Assembly: GCA_019637855.1 (NCBI GenBank) | Contig: JAHBUX010000001.1 | Coordinates: 145,337-209,336 of the forward strand | Reading direction: 5' to 3' | Length of the DNA: 64,000 nucleotides | Origin: Bdellovibrionales bacterium | Lineage (GTDB): Bacteria; Bdellovibrionota; Bdellovibrionia; Bdellovibrionales; UBA1609 | In this document: piece after piece, positions 53,227 to 63,167 of the stretch | Layout of the letters: the number at the start of each line of letters is the position of its first letter | How positions within the stretch are numbered: the first letter of the stretch is position 1 | Notes under the pieces: model-generated | Database searches by the model: none | What the model was told of the DNA's origin: nothing | Seen by the model: the letters and a program-made list of their open reading frames with translations, nothing else | Program-made: the position numbers and the translations under genes

Positions 53227-54454
53227 GCCGCTTCACTTGCTCCTGACGGGCTTTGAACAGGCTCTCGGCACTGCGACCTTTTGCATCTAATGCATAGATG
53301 TCGCCAATGGTCGCCAGCTGTTGATAGAAATACGGATCGGCCAAACCTGCCGCTAAGTGCAAAGGCGTGTTGCCATCGGCATTCACTCGATTGACTCGAT
53401 ACGAAGGAGTAGCCAAACGCAGAAGTGTGTTTTTAGCCAATAAGAAACTAAAGGTCTCGCGCGCTTCTTTGTCTTGCGTCGCCAAAAAAGGATTCAAAGC
53501 TTCGAGAAAGGCGTGCAGAGGCGTGTCGTAGTGCGCGTCCTGCAGATCGAAATCTAAAAATCGGCAACTAGCCAAAGCCCGCACGGAATTCCAACGGCGC
53601 TCAGCCACCGCAACATGCAAAGCCGACATATAGTCGTTGTCGGTGCGATTGACCAAAACGTCTGTCGGCAAACCCCAATCTCCGAGCGCATGCGTTTGCA
53701 AAGCGCGAAGCCCATAGGTCAATCCCTGGCTCGGCCACGCTAGCCACCAATGATCGCTTTTTTCCCAATTCCCCGGGGCGCACAACCGCTCATTGGCCCA
53801 ACTGATCACATCGTCACGTCCATCGGCCGCCGCCCAATGCAAGAAGCTGCGCGAACGGTTGTCGGAATGCATGGTGAAATTCCAAAACGGAGCCTCTAGG
53901 AAGCCACGGTAGTACTGACGTTCGAGCGCTTCGGCCACGGAGCGATCGGCGGCCACGGAAAGAGCGCGGCGGCCTTCACCATCTTCGCGATCGAGCACCT
54001 TGAACTCATAGTCGTCCAATACGCCACCGAGCGAACTGTAATATTTGTCAGCGATGGCTGTGATAAACTCAGGAAATCCCGAGCGGGCCGCCAAGAAGAC
54101 GTAGCCTTCGCCCTTGGCATTTTGATGAGTCAAACCTTCGATGGGCATGACTTGCAAAAGTCGATCTGCCACCGATTTATAACCCGCGCGCAGAGCCAAA
54201 CCCAGAGGCGTGTCACCGGCTACATTCTGCGACAGCAGCTGAACGGGAGAGTGTTGCGCAACCTTATCCACCTGAGCGGGCGAGTTGTTATAAACGGCCT
54301 TAAAAAGATCGTTAGGAAGAGTCTGTGCACGCTCTTTGGCCGGGATCTCAAGCGCACGGTCTTGAGGTGCAGCGTTTTGACCGAAGTCTTCTTTGGCAGG
54401 CGCACAAGCGACAAGCCAGGCAAAAGCCGCAACGACGGCAGTTTTCAGTTTCAA
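53216..54454 (-). CDS. ankyrin-repeat lipoprotein
   Basis: Lipobox AWLVACAP. Ankyrin-type repeats include GDTPLGLALRAGYKSVADRLL, SFLHWAAADGRDDVISW, MSALHVAVAERRWNSVRAL and GNTPLHLAAGLADPYFYQQL. Confidence 0.8.
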   Translation of the reverse strand: MKLKTAVVAAFAWLVACAPAKEDFGQNAAPQDRALEIPAKERAQTLPNDLFKAVYNNSPAQVDKVAQHSPVQLLSQNVAGDTPLGLALRAGYKSVADRLLQVMPIEGLTHQNAKGEGYVFLAARSGFPEFITAIADKYYSSLGGVLDDYEFKVLDREDGEGRRALSVAADRSVAEALERQYYRGFLEAPFWNFTMHSDNRSRSFLHWAAADGRDDVISWANERLCAPGNWEKSDHWWLAWPSQGLTYGLRALQTHALGDWGLPTDVLVNRTDNDYMSALHVAVAERRWNSVRALASCRFLDFDLQDAHYDTPLHAFLEALNPFLATQDKEARETFSFLLAKNTLLRLATPSYRVNRVNADGNTPLHLAAGLADPYFYQQLATIGDIYALDAKGRSAESLFKARQEQVKRHAQ

Positions 54455-54621
54455 AGTATCCTCCGCAAGTGGAGTTCACGGCATAAACAACCGCACTCAC
54501 CTTGTCCATCCTCACGACGGAATCTCGCTCCTTCATTGCAAGAGTTACAGCCTGAGTTTTCGTTTAGAATTCAGTTGTCTGCGGTGCTTTCCTTTTGCTC
54601 TGGGAGCGGTTACTGGCAGGG

Positions 54622-56250
54622 ATGCTTAAGTTTTTCCTCCTCACAGTTTTACTGGTCCATGTCCCCTCGTGGGCGCATGGCCACGGCGATGAAGATGCCG
54701 CGAAAGCCACAGTGGCTCACTTCGCTCGCATCGTGGAATTGGAGCCCTCAATCACGGCCGAGAGCTCAATCAGTGTCCCTTACGTTAAAATCTCCGGCCA
54801 ACGCGTCTACATGAATGGCCCGTTCTGGGAGCTAGTGCAGGGTTGGGTCCGTCTCTACTATCGTGAAATGCAGCACGAGTGTGACGATTGCATCGACTGG
54901 AGCGAAGAGCGCTTCACCCAGGCCGCCACCGACGTGGCCGCCAAATCCTTTATGGAGCTTAAAGTGACCGGCCCTGCGCTGGAGGGCTTAGAACATATTT
55001 CCGTCGGTACCGCCGATATCGGTTCGCAACTCGGCAAGACTGCCGCTGTCGCTAAGATCACGGCCGAAGTCGCTGAAACTGTGGTTTCAAAATTCGTGGG
55101 TGGCGGTGGAGTGCACCTGGTTTGCCACGTGCTCGACGCCATCATTTTGTTTGGCACTCGTCATATTCAAACGGCCACGCGCGCCTTCACTTGGGCGCCA
55201 GCCTTTGATCGCTCGCGCCTGGCGACGGCCGTCAAAATGGGCTTTGTTTCGCAGGTGATCCGACGAGCGCAGAAGAAAGTGAGTTTTGTCGCAGGCCCCG
55301 TTCGTGTAGATGAAGAAGAATTGGCCGAATTGGATGCCGAAGGTCCTAATCGCTGGTGGGGTGCGGTTAAGGCCGGCAAACGCGCCACCTGGCTAAAGAA
55401 ACTAGCAGCCGCTGGTGAAAACCCACTGCGCCTCTCACGACCGGAATTCCTAGGTGGGCGAATGAAGCGTTATCTTTTTCTAAAAGGACGCCGCCGAGGC
55501 CACGCCACGTACATGAAGGGCTCCGGCGAGATGGACGGTTCGCTCAATCATAGCATGGTGTGGATTTTAGAAGTGCAAGAGAGCATGATTCAACGGGCCT
55601 TCGAACCTGACGGCGAAAGCCCCCGCAAAGCGCTGAGCTTGGCCGATACCAGCACTCCCGACTATGATGAAGTGCGGGCAGGCCTGGCGCAAGAGTTTGC
55701 CGGTGATCCTGAGCAAGCGGAGTTCTTCGACCGCCTGCTGCGTGACGTGGATGTCGTGTTCCAACCCAATATTCCAAGCCGTATTCGTTATTTTCACGTG
55801 GCTAAGCTCGAAGCTCTATTGGCCGGCTTCCTTTACTCGCGTTTCTCGGCCGCGCTTAGCGAGCAAGGCGATATTCATGGTTCTTCCTTCGGTGGCATTA
55901 TCAAACAAATCAAGCTGCATTGGCGTGCCGGACGCTTTGGCAGTTACCTCTTAGAGTGGGCAGATTTTCTGAAGCTGGCCTCTTTGCAGAACGATCCCGA
56001 GCGCTTGCTCAAGCATAAGTATGAATCGATGGAAGCACTAATGCGCGTGCTGCGCTCATTCAAGCGCTCGGGCGAGATCGCGGCGGCCGACGCTCATCAC
56101 CAGCTCAAAGAGTTTGAAGATGTGATGGCGGCTGAATATCAAGGCTTGCGAACCTTCACACCGTGGAAAGAGAAGCGCACCGCCTACTCTTGGATTCCGT
56201 TTCGCAATCGCGCACCTCAATGCTCCCAAATGAATAGGGAGGTCATGTGA
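54622..56250 (+). CDS. hypothetical secreted protein
   Basis: ATG 54622 gives MLKFFLLTVLLVHVPSWAHG. 542 aa with no recognised motif. Confidence 0.55.
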   Translation: MLKFFLLTVLLVHVPSWAHGHGDEDAAKATVAHFARIVELEPSITAESSISVPYVKISGQRVYMNGPFWELVQGWVRLYYREMQHECDDCIDWSEERFTQAATDVAAKSFMELKVTGPALEGLEHISVGTADIGSQLGKTAAVAKITAEVAETVVSKFVGGGGVHLVCHVLDAIILFGTRHIQTATRAFTWAPAFDRSRLATAVKMGFVSQVIRRAQKKVSFVAGPVRVDEEELAELDAEGPNRWWGAVKAGKRATWLKKLAAAGENPLRLSRPEFLGGRMKRYLFLKGRRRGHATYMKGSGEMDGSLNHSMVWILEVQESMIQRAFEPDGESPRKALSLADTSTPDYDEVRAGLAQEFAGDPEQAEFFDRLLRDVDVVFQPNIPSRIRYFHVAKLEALLAGFLYSRFSAALSEQGDIHGSSFGGIIKQIKLHWRAGRFGSYLLEWADFLKLASLQNDPERLLKHKYESMEALMRVLRSFKRSGEIAAADAHHQLKEFEDVMAAEYQGLRTFTPWKEKRTAYSWIPFRNRAPQCSQMNREVM

Positions 56251-56663
56251 TACGTGCTCTCTTTCTTGTAGTTGTAGCTTACTCCATTCCGGTGCAGGCC
56301 CACGAATCGCGGCCTGAAGGGTCAGTTGTTTGCGCCGACTTTTTAGCGTTAACACCTTTGCAAATGGCCCAGCGGGCGGCGCAGACCAAGCTTGCCCATA
56401 TCGACTTCGCGCAAGACGGAATTTCGGCGCAAGAACGTTCGTACTATCAACCGATCGTGGACGCCGCTCATGCCGCGCTTGAAAAGCATCATCCACTCTA
56501 TTCGGATCCGGCCAAACTGAAGACGCTCGATATCCCCCGGCACATGACTATTCTGCGGGCGATAGCCGCATTCGACAGTCAAAAGGCGAAGCTTTCTCTG
56601 TATCGCATTAAGCGCGCTATTGAAGGCCGCCACTCTCTGCAAGAGTACACGAACTGCCGCTAA
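56247..56663 (+). CDS. hypothetical secreted protein
   Basis: GTG 56247 overlaps the upstream TGA. Signal peptide IRALFLVVVAYSIPVQAHE. 138 aa. Confidence 0.45.
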   Translation: MIRALFLVVVAYSIPVQAHESRPEGSVVCADFLALTPLQMAQRAAQTKLAHIDFAQDGISAQERSYYQPIVDAAHAALEKHHPLYSDPAKLKTLDIPRHMTILRAIAAFDSQKAKLSLYRIKRAIEGRHSLQEYTNCR

Positions 56664-56732
56664 GTCGATCTTCGGCCCCGTCTTTAAGTCCAGGTCAAGT
56701 CGACGGCCCTCGTCGGCCGATATATCCAATGT

Positions 56733-57899
56733 ATGCAAACGCAACGCTCAGCTGAGCTAGATGGCCTGCGTGGACTAGCAATCTTGTTGGTCATGGGGTT
56801 TCATTTTTACTTCTTCCCACGCCAGTTCGGCGTTCCCTTAGCCGAATTCGCTTCGCCCTGGTTAGACAGCGGTTGGATCGGCGTGGATTTGTTCTTCGTG
56901 CTTTCAGGCTTTTTGATCACAGGTCTATTGGCGGACAGTCGTGGTTCGCAAACTTACTTTCGCCGCTTCTATTTGCGTCGAACGTTAAGAATCTTCCCGC
57001 TCTATTATTTCCTTCTCCTCATTTACTTTGTCGGCCGCAACGCTTTGCCCTTGGGGCTAAACAGCGAAGGCCATGCTCTAGCAACGTCTTCCCTATGGTC
57101 TTATACGTCCAACTTTCTACTCGCCGCAAAAGGCTGGGACAGCCTTCCCGTTCTGGTCGGTCACTTGTGGACGTTAGCGATCGAAGAACAGTTCTATCTG
57201 CTGTGGCCTTTTGTTATTGCCTTTGTGCCGACTCGCCTCGTCCTATGGATCTGCGCGGTTCTAATTTTACTCTGTCCTGTCGCCCGCGCTTGGCAAGGTG
57301 ATCTTGCAGCCTATGTTCTCACTCCCTTTCGCATGGATACATTGGCTGCCGGTGCCGGACTGGCGCTGTTATTACGTGGCCCCTATGCCTCTCGGGTGCG
57401 CAGACTTAGCCTGCCACTTCTCGCCTTCAGCGGGGCCATGTTGGTCGCACTTTTTGTATTGCGCGCACCATTTCGCGGTGAGGACCCACTGATCCTAAGC
57501 TTGGGTCTATCGCTCTTCGCTCTGTTTTTCACCGCGCTGATCAGTTCGCTCTTGTCTGGACCCAGCTGGTTAAGCGCTGTGTTTCGGTGGCGCGAACTGC
57601 GCACTTTGGGACGCATTAGCTATGCACTTTACCTGGTCCATCAACCCGTGTGTTTGCTTTTACTGTTCGGCGGTTTCACACCGGCAGTGCTTCAGTACTT
57701 CGATCCATCCTCAGCTGTCGCGCTATTTGCATTCTTCGCTCTGCCGTTCGCGGCAAGTGTGGTCTTGGCCCTTGTCTGTTGGTTCGTGATCGAACGGCCC
57801 GTGCTGCGCCTCAAAGATCGTTGGAGCCAACCTCAAGGCGAAGCTTTCGAACGCGTATCGAAAATCAATAATGAGCCTAAGCGCGCCGTGGGTTTATAA
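56733..57899 (+). CDS. acyltransferase family 3 (OafA/NolL-like) membrane protein
   Basis: LDGLRGLAILLVMGFH N-terminal motif, ~10 TM helices, and WTLAIEEQFYLLWP. Confidence 0.8.
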   Translation: MQTQRSAELDGLRGLAILLVMGFHFYFFPRQFGVPLAEFASPWLDSGWIGVDLFFVLSGFLITGLLADSRGSQTYFRRFYLRRTLRIFPLYYFLLLIYFVGRNALPLGLNSEGHALATSSLWSYTSNFLLAAKGWDSLPVLVGHLWTLAIEEQFYLLWPFVIAFVPTRLVLWICAVLILLCPVARAWQGDLAAYVLTPFRMDTLAAGAGLALLLRGPYASRVRRLSLPLLAFSGAMLVALFVLRAPFRGEDPLILSLGLSLFALFFTALISSLLSGPSWLSAVFRWRELRTLGRISYALYLVHQPVCLLLLFGGFTPAVLQYFDPSSAVALFAFFALPFAASVVLALVCWFVIERPVLRLKDRWSQPQGEAFERVSKINNEPKRAVGL

Positions 57900-59470
57900 G
57901 CACGCAACCAATGCAAGCGATCGCCCGAGACCTCCGCCCACGCCCCATCCGGAGTTGGAGCCACATAGTTCATACCTTTAAAAAAGTTAGCGCTCACTAC
58001 CACGTCTCCTTCGACCGGATGATCTGGCACCATCTCCCACTGCAGGCCGTAAAGCGACGGCGACACATGGCCAAAGTACAATAGATAAAGTGGTCCACCC
58101 TGACCTTGCCATTCTCGCAAGCGATAGAGGTCCTGTCCCCAATCCAAATTGGAATCAAGCAAGAGGTCCTCGTGTGGACCTAAGCGATCCGCCAACGCGT
58201 TGAAGTAAGACAGATGCGAAGGACTCGCCCACACGGCACTTCCTGTCCACACTACGAACAGCACCGCCATCAAACCGTAAGCCACTTTGGGTTTCAAACG
58301 AAGGATCTGATCCAGAACATAGCCTACGATGATAAACACAAACGGGAACACGGGGAGCAGATAACGAATGCCGACCTGTAAAGGGTTAGCAAAAATCATC
58401 GGTAGCGCGATTAGAAAAACTGTTGCCAAGGCCCAGCACATGCCGGTCGAAAACCCTCTACGAACGAGAACAAAGGGCGCAGCGATGAGGAGAAGGAGTG
58501 TCAAAATATTCTCTTTTAAGAGAAGTGCCACAAAGCTGTAATACCACCAGCCTTCACGCGACCATTGGCCTAGCAAGAAGTTGCTAAACTCACCGGTCTC
58601 CGTGTCACCCACTTGTGCATCAAACCCAAGTACAAAATCCTGAGGTAGAGGCACCGGCAACGCGTGCGGCAAAAGGTTTTGCATAGCGAGGAATGCACGC
58701 GAGACAAATTTGAAATCACCCAACCACGTAAAGGGATGCGAAAACAAATAGCACAGTTGCAAAGTACATACGGCCGCAAACAGACCGATCACCATACGTG
58801 TAGCCGCTCTTGGCGGACGCCCCAGCGCTACGAGCAAAAGCGGGAGAGCAAATACTGCGGTGAACTTGGACGCAAGAGCCGCTGCAAAACTCATCCCAAG
58901 AACAGCAGCCGAGCCTAAACTCACACGGGGCTGGCTGGCGTAAAAAGCAAACAGCAGAAGCGCAAAGCAAAAACCAACATCCACCGTCGCCAGATGCGCA
59001 TGAGCCAAAACTGTTTGCGAAAGCCAGAACCCTCCCGCGGCCATCGCCGCCGGAAGATCATCCGTTTCTCTTCTTAACCACAAGAAGATCAAGAATCCGC
59101 TAGCTACGGACAGCAAAAGCACCATGATCCGGGCCGCAAAAAAAGCATCCAGGTAAACTGTCGGATTGAGTTTTTCAAACTTCATTCCATACAGCCATGG
59201 TCCCCAACCGAAAGAAGGCACATCAGGTTGGGGCACTTGTATGTCACCCGCCCAACCCGCTTGTGCGGGCAGCGATGTCCACAGCTTTATCAACGGAGGA
59301 TTCTTGGAATACAGAGCCCAAGTGCCGTGCGAGCCATAAGACAAACCCGCCGGCATGTGAGCATACTCATCAACCGTCGGCGTTTCTTGGCGAGCGGCAT
59401 AGAGGCCGAGCATCAAATGCACAAGCACGCACAATAGCAGGATCAGCAGAACGGATTGTCTGAAGCGCAC
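57833..59470 (-). CDS. GT-C-fold glycosyltransferase, family 39/ArnT/PMT_2-like
   Basis: Polytopic protein whose first loop has TVDEYAHMPAGLSY, a DE motif typical of GT-C enzymes. It has a GTG start. Its 3' end overlaps the convergent acyltransferase gene by 67 nt. Confidence 0.7.
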   Translation of the reverse strand: MRFRQSVLLILLLCVLVHLMLGLYAARQETPTVDEYAHMPAGLSYGSHGTWALYSKNPPLIKLWTSLPAQAGWAGDIQVPQPDVPSFGWGPWLYGMKFEKLNPTVYLDAFFAARIMVLLLSVASGFLIFLWLRRETDDLPAAMAAGGFWLSQTVLAHAHLATVDVGFCFALLLFAFYASQPRVSLGSAAVLGMSFAAALASKFTAVFALPLLLVALGRPPRAATRMVIGLFAAVCTLQLCYLFSHPFTWLGDFKFVSRAFLAMQNLLPHALPVPLPQDFVLGFDAQVGDTETGEFSNFLLGQWSREGWWYYSFVALLLKENILTLLLLIAAPFVLVRRGFSTGMCWALATVFLIALPMIFANPLQVGIRYLLPVFPFVFIIVGYVLDQILRLKPKVAYGLMAVLFVVWTGSAVWASPSHLSYFNALADRLGPHEDLLLDSNLDWGQDLYRLREWQGQGGPLYLLYFGHVSPSLYGLQWEMVPDHPVEGDVVVSANFFKGMNYVAPTPDGAWAEVSGDRLHWLRAYKPTARLGSLLIFDTRSKASP

Positions 59471-59491
59471 AGGTCATGGTCCAATAGAGAA

Positions 59492-61297
59492 ATGCAAAGG
59501 TCAATCCCGCTCGGTCAGCTGCTCCCTCTCTTCGGCTCCCTCTGGTTTGCGATGACCGCCATGTGGTCGCAATTCTGGTTGGCTGGCAATATCCTGTGCG
59601 CGCTCTATCTGATTTTGCTTTTTGTGGGAGCGAAAGTTTTGACCTCACCTCTCCCATTGCGGATCGCCCGGCCGCCCACAGGCCCCAGCGCTCCACAGAT
59701 TCTGCTCGGTGTTGCCCTGTCTTTGCCGACGGCCGTCTATTTATGTCTCACCTGGCAGCAAGAATACCCATTTGGCGGCGATCACGACCACCACGTGCGG
59801 ATGACTCAACAGTGGTTTCAGATTTTCGATCTGTATATTCTCCTTGTCCCGTTAAGTTTAGCTATCGCCGCCTTTCTGGCGCGGTTCACCCGTTTTGCCT
59901 TCAGTCTGTGGCTGGTGGCCGCCTTCGCTTTGAGCTTTATGTTCACCGGTCCGATGGAGTCTGTCGTGCGCTACCCAGCTGCCTTCTACTCTCTCGCTTG
60001 GCCTTTCAACGTCGGCTTAACCTTCTTTCCCGATGCGGATCCGCTACTAGCTCTGCGATTTGTGAATGTACTCTCGATACCTTGCTGGCTCTTTGCTTTA
60101 CGTCCTTTAGTCACCCAACGTTGGCCCGATGGCCGAGCCCTGCTGTTGGCTTGTGCCTTTTTGTTTCAAAAGGATTGGATCTACTTCGGCGCTTCCACCT
60201 ACTTGGAACCTTGGGCCTTGATATTTATGCTCCTCGCCCTTGAAACGGCAATCAGTGACGATATCTCGGATCTGTGGCGGGCCGCTCTTCTCGCCGGTAT
60301 CGCTACCGCCTTTAAAGAACAGGCCATCTTTCTATTAGGTCCGCTCTTGCTCTTAGCCGTTTGGCAGTCGCGCCGCACGCTCGGGTTTGGCCGCGCCTTT
60401 CTCAGCGCCCTGCTGATCGGTCTGCCATTCACCCTATACTACGCCGCTCGTCGCAACTCGAACATCTGGCGCCGGGAAGAGGCGATCGATATCTTCAGTG
60501 ACGCGTTTCAAAGCACGCACTTTGAAACCTATGGCCGCATGCTCCAAGAACATCTGCACATCGCTGGACTTATCGTAATCCTTCTTGTTCTGGGACTATC
60601 GATTTTCGGCGTGTGGAAGACGCGTTCGCAACGCGCTTTACTGGCACTGCTCTTTGCTTCCGTGATCGCGTCCGAATTGCTTTATCTTCTCGATCGAATT
60701 TCGCTTGAATACGTAGGCTATCCCCGCTTTCACTATCTGACCTGGCCGTTGCTCGCCGCGGGCCTCGTCGTGCTCTATCAAAAGCGCCAGGCTTGGCGTA
60801 AGCCTTTGCTAGCCATAGCAACCGCGTTTTCTCTGCTGCAATTGGCGCAGTCGGGTCGCCTGTACGCACGCGCCTTGCAAGCGGACTATCATCGCAATTT
60901 CAATGAATATTATTTTGCGCCTATGTACTTTCCGATTCGCAGTCTTCTGAACAACGTGCCGCAACCACGCGGCGAACGCGAACTAGTTCTGAATCTGCCG
61001 GCGCCTTACGCCTTCTTTCCAGCAGGTTTGCAAACGGGCTATTCGCGACTGTTTTCCACTTTTCGTAATGCGCGATTGGCGCAAGGGTTGGTGTGCGAAT
61101 GCACTTCGCCAACACAAACCGTCTTGATGATCAACCTTTTCACTCCCGAAGACGGCCTAGGCGTATTGGCGATCAAATCGTTTTTCGATCAACCCACGCT
61201 CATCGCCTGCGTAGCCCGGCTTGAGCATTCCTGCGCCAAGGTCGTAACCGAAAAGAGTGGTGACTTTATCGTCGGTGCCGTCGGTTATTCTCTCTGA
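59492..61297 (+). CDS. large polytopic membrane protein (GT-C-like by topology only)
   Basis: About 600 aa with 12+ TM helices and a loop reading YPFGGDHDHH. ATG 59492 is chosen because the track's TTG at 59456 would overlap the divergent gene. Confidence 0.5.
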   Translation: MQRSIPLGQLLPLFGSLWFAMTAMWSQFWLAGNILCALYLILLFVGAKVLTSPLPLRIARPPTGPSAPQILLGVALSLPTAVYLCLTWQQEYPFGGDHDHHVRMTQQWFQIFDLYILLVPLSLAIAAFLARFTRFAFSLWLVAAFALSFMFTGPMESVVRYPAAFYSLAWPFNVGLTFFPDADPLLALRFVNVLSIPCWLFALRPLVTQRWPDGRALLLACAFLFQKDWIYFGASTYLEPWALIFMLLALETAISDDISDLWRAALLAGIATAFKEQAIFLLGPLLLLAVWQSRRTLGFGRAFLSALLIGLPFTLYYAARRNSNIWRREEAIDIFSDAFQSTHFETYGRMLQEHLHIAGLIVILLVLGLSIFGVWKTRSQRALLALLFASVIASELLYLLDRISLEYVGYPRFHYLTWPLLAAGLVVLYQKRQAWRKPLLAIATAFSLLQLAQSGRLYARALQADYHRNFNEYYFAPMYFPIRSLLNNVPQPRGERELVLNLPAPYAFFPAGLQTGYSRLFSTFRNARLAQGLVCECTSPTQTVLMINLFTPEDGLGVLAIKSFFDQPTLIACVARLEHSCAKVVTEKSGDFIVGAVGYSL

Positions 61298-63081
61298 GCA
61301 TCCAACAAGGCGCGCAGTTGAAGCAGTTGCGGACTCTGTGCGTTCAACTTCAAACCGCGATCAACCGCCTCTCTAGCCAGATCAAATTGACGACGCTGAA
61401 GATAGATCACACCTAATCCAATATACGGCTGATAATGATAAGGCATCACGGCGAGGGATTTGTTGTAGAGTTCCAGCGCGCCATTCGGGCGGCCATGCTC
61501 AAAGTGAAAGCGCCCGAGATTATAAAATGTAAAACCGTCATAGGGATAGATCCGAACCGCCTCCTCGAGCAGTGACTGCGCGCGCGGCAAGTCACCCAAA
61601 CGCTCATAAGAGGTCGAAGCCGTGATGTACGCCTGCGCGCTCACCGACTCTGGACCCGCCTTTACCGCTTTCTCTATGGCTTCAACCGCCTCGCGATCGC
61701 GCCCGGCATCGGAATACAGAGTCGCCTGCAGGCCCCAACTGTAACCATCCGACACCTGCTGCGCCACCGGCAATGGCCAAAAGCAAAGCGCGGCCATCGG
61801 CAAAACGGGCAAAGCCCCCTTTATCAACCAACGCCATTGCCGCAAAACCATCAACTCACTGAAGGCCGCAGTTCCCGCCCCAGCTATAGGAAACAAAAAC
61901 AGCAAGACCGGCAGCCGATAGCGATCAGTCACGTAAAATAGTAGCGCCGAACCCATGTACAGCAAAGTTAGACTCAAAAGAAACTGCGCCGGCAACGAGC
62001 GCCGAACCATCAGCGCAAAACCAAACACGGCAAACAAGACGACGAAGCCAAAAGTGACCATGGGCCATGTGAGAACAGTGCCGCCTTCGCGACTTAAAAA
62101 CTCAGAATCATAGTTGTCTGCGACCTCATGATCGTTCCAGAAAAAACGAAACTTATTCCAAACCAGCGCCAGTGTTCGACCTGGATTCTCTTTCACAAAC
62201 TGAATGCCCTGCTGCAACCAATGGTGCGAAATCTGTGAAGGCGAAAGTCTCTCACCCCTCGCCTCTTCGGCCAAACGCCGTACGTCTGCTTCCTCTTGGG
62301 CTGCATCAGTCGACACGAAAGGAGGATAGCTGTTAGCTCCTGTTGCGGTCGGTGAATTGCCGATATAGAAATTGAAACCGCCGTTGTACGTCGACAATAC
62401 AAAATCACCACTCGCTTTGAAATTGTGAATCGCCGCCGGTGCCAGTATGAAAGCCAGGGCAAGGCTTGCCGCCAGGACCGGCCGCCAAGCCCGCCGACGG
62501 AATCTCCATGCAATAAATACGATCAGGGCGGGAAAGATCAGCAAGAGATTTCCGCGCAGCAAAACGGCAAGACCTAAAACGGCGCCACTGCCTAGCGCAG
62601 CCCAGCGCCTTCCCTCTAACGCGAGCAACGCAAGATGCACGAACAACGCGATACAAAACACCATCAGTGTTTCTTTGAGCAACGGAGCAGAATAAAAAAT
62701 CAACGCGCGCTGCATGGCTGCCAGTAGTCCCGCCTCTAGAGCCGCACGCGAACCGAAGTAACGACCTGCCGTCATCGCCACAAGCACACAGGTCAGCGCA
62801 CTCAAAAACGCTTGCAGCACGGAAACCAGTAGAGCTGAGGGGCCAGTGATTTTATAGAGCAACGCTAAAGCATATGGATACAAAGGTGATTGGTAGAAAG
62901 CCGTCGAACGCAGCCATTGACCGGCGGCGATTTCACGAGCCCATTCATCGTAGGCCTTGGCATCGAGAAACGGCGATAGGGCGTAAGGCAAATCCTGCCA
63001 CTGCCATACGAAAATCAGACGCAACAAGATTGCGACAGCAAATACAGTCCACAGTTCCCAATGAGCCAGACGCCACTTCAT
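61285..63081 (-). CDS. GT-C-fold (PMT_2-like) membrane protein with C-terminal TPR repeats
   Basis: First loop LDAKAYDEWAREIAAGQW, ~11 TM helices, then 5-6 TPR-like repeats (AYITASTSYERLGDLPRAQSLLEEAVRIYP ...). ATG 63081 is chosen; the track starts at TTG 63099. Confidence 0.7.
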   Translation of the reverse strand: MKWRLAHWELWTVFAVAILLRLIFVWQWQDLPYALSPFLDAKAYDEWAREIAAGQWLRSTAFYQSPLYPYALALLYKITGPSALLVSVLQAFLSALTCVLVAMTAGRYFGSRAALEAGLLAAMQRALIFYSAPLLKETLMVFCIALFVHLALLALEGRRWAALGSGAVLGLAVLLRGNLLLIFPALIVFIAWRFRRRAWRPVLAASLALAFILAPAAIHNFKASGDFVLSTYNGGFNFYIGNSPTATGANSYPPFVSTDAAQEEADVRRLAEEARGERLSPSQISHHWLQQGIQFVKENPGRTLALVWNKFRFFWNDHEVADNYDSEFLSREGGTVLTWPMVTFGFVVLFAVFGFALMVRRSLPAQFLLSLTLLYMGSALLFYVTDRYRLPVLLFLFPIAGAGTAAFSELMVLRQWRWLIKGALPVLPMAALCFWPLPVAQQVSDGYSWGLQATLYSDAGRDREAVEAIEKAVKAGPESVSAQAYITASTSYERLGDLPRAQSLLEEAVRIYPYDGFTFYNLGRFHFEHGRPNGALELYNKSLAVMPYHYQPYIGLGVIYLQRRQFDLAREAVDRGLKLNAQSPQLLQLRALLDAQRE

Positions 63082-63110
63082 ATAAATGAAAGGGTACAAG
63101 AAAATAAGAA

Positions 63111-63137
63111 CTGGTCGACCACTGTGTGGTCGACCAG
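63111..63137. promoter_or_regulatory. perfect 12-bp stem / 3-nt loop palindrome containing two GGTCGACC boxes
   Basis: CTGGTCGACCAC(63111-63122)-TGT-GTGGTCGACCAG(63126-63137). On the minus strand it is followed by TTCTTATTTTCTT, 12-30 nt upstream of the GT-C/TPR start codon. Confidence 0.55.
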
Positions 63138-63167
63138 TGGGCTTAAGGCTTGCTTAGTCTTAGGGTC

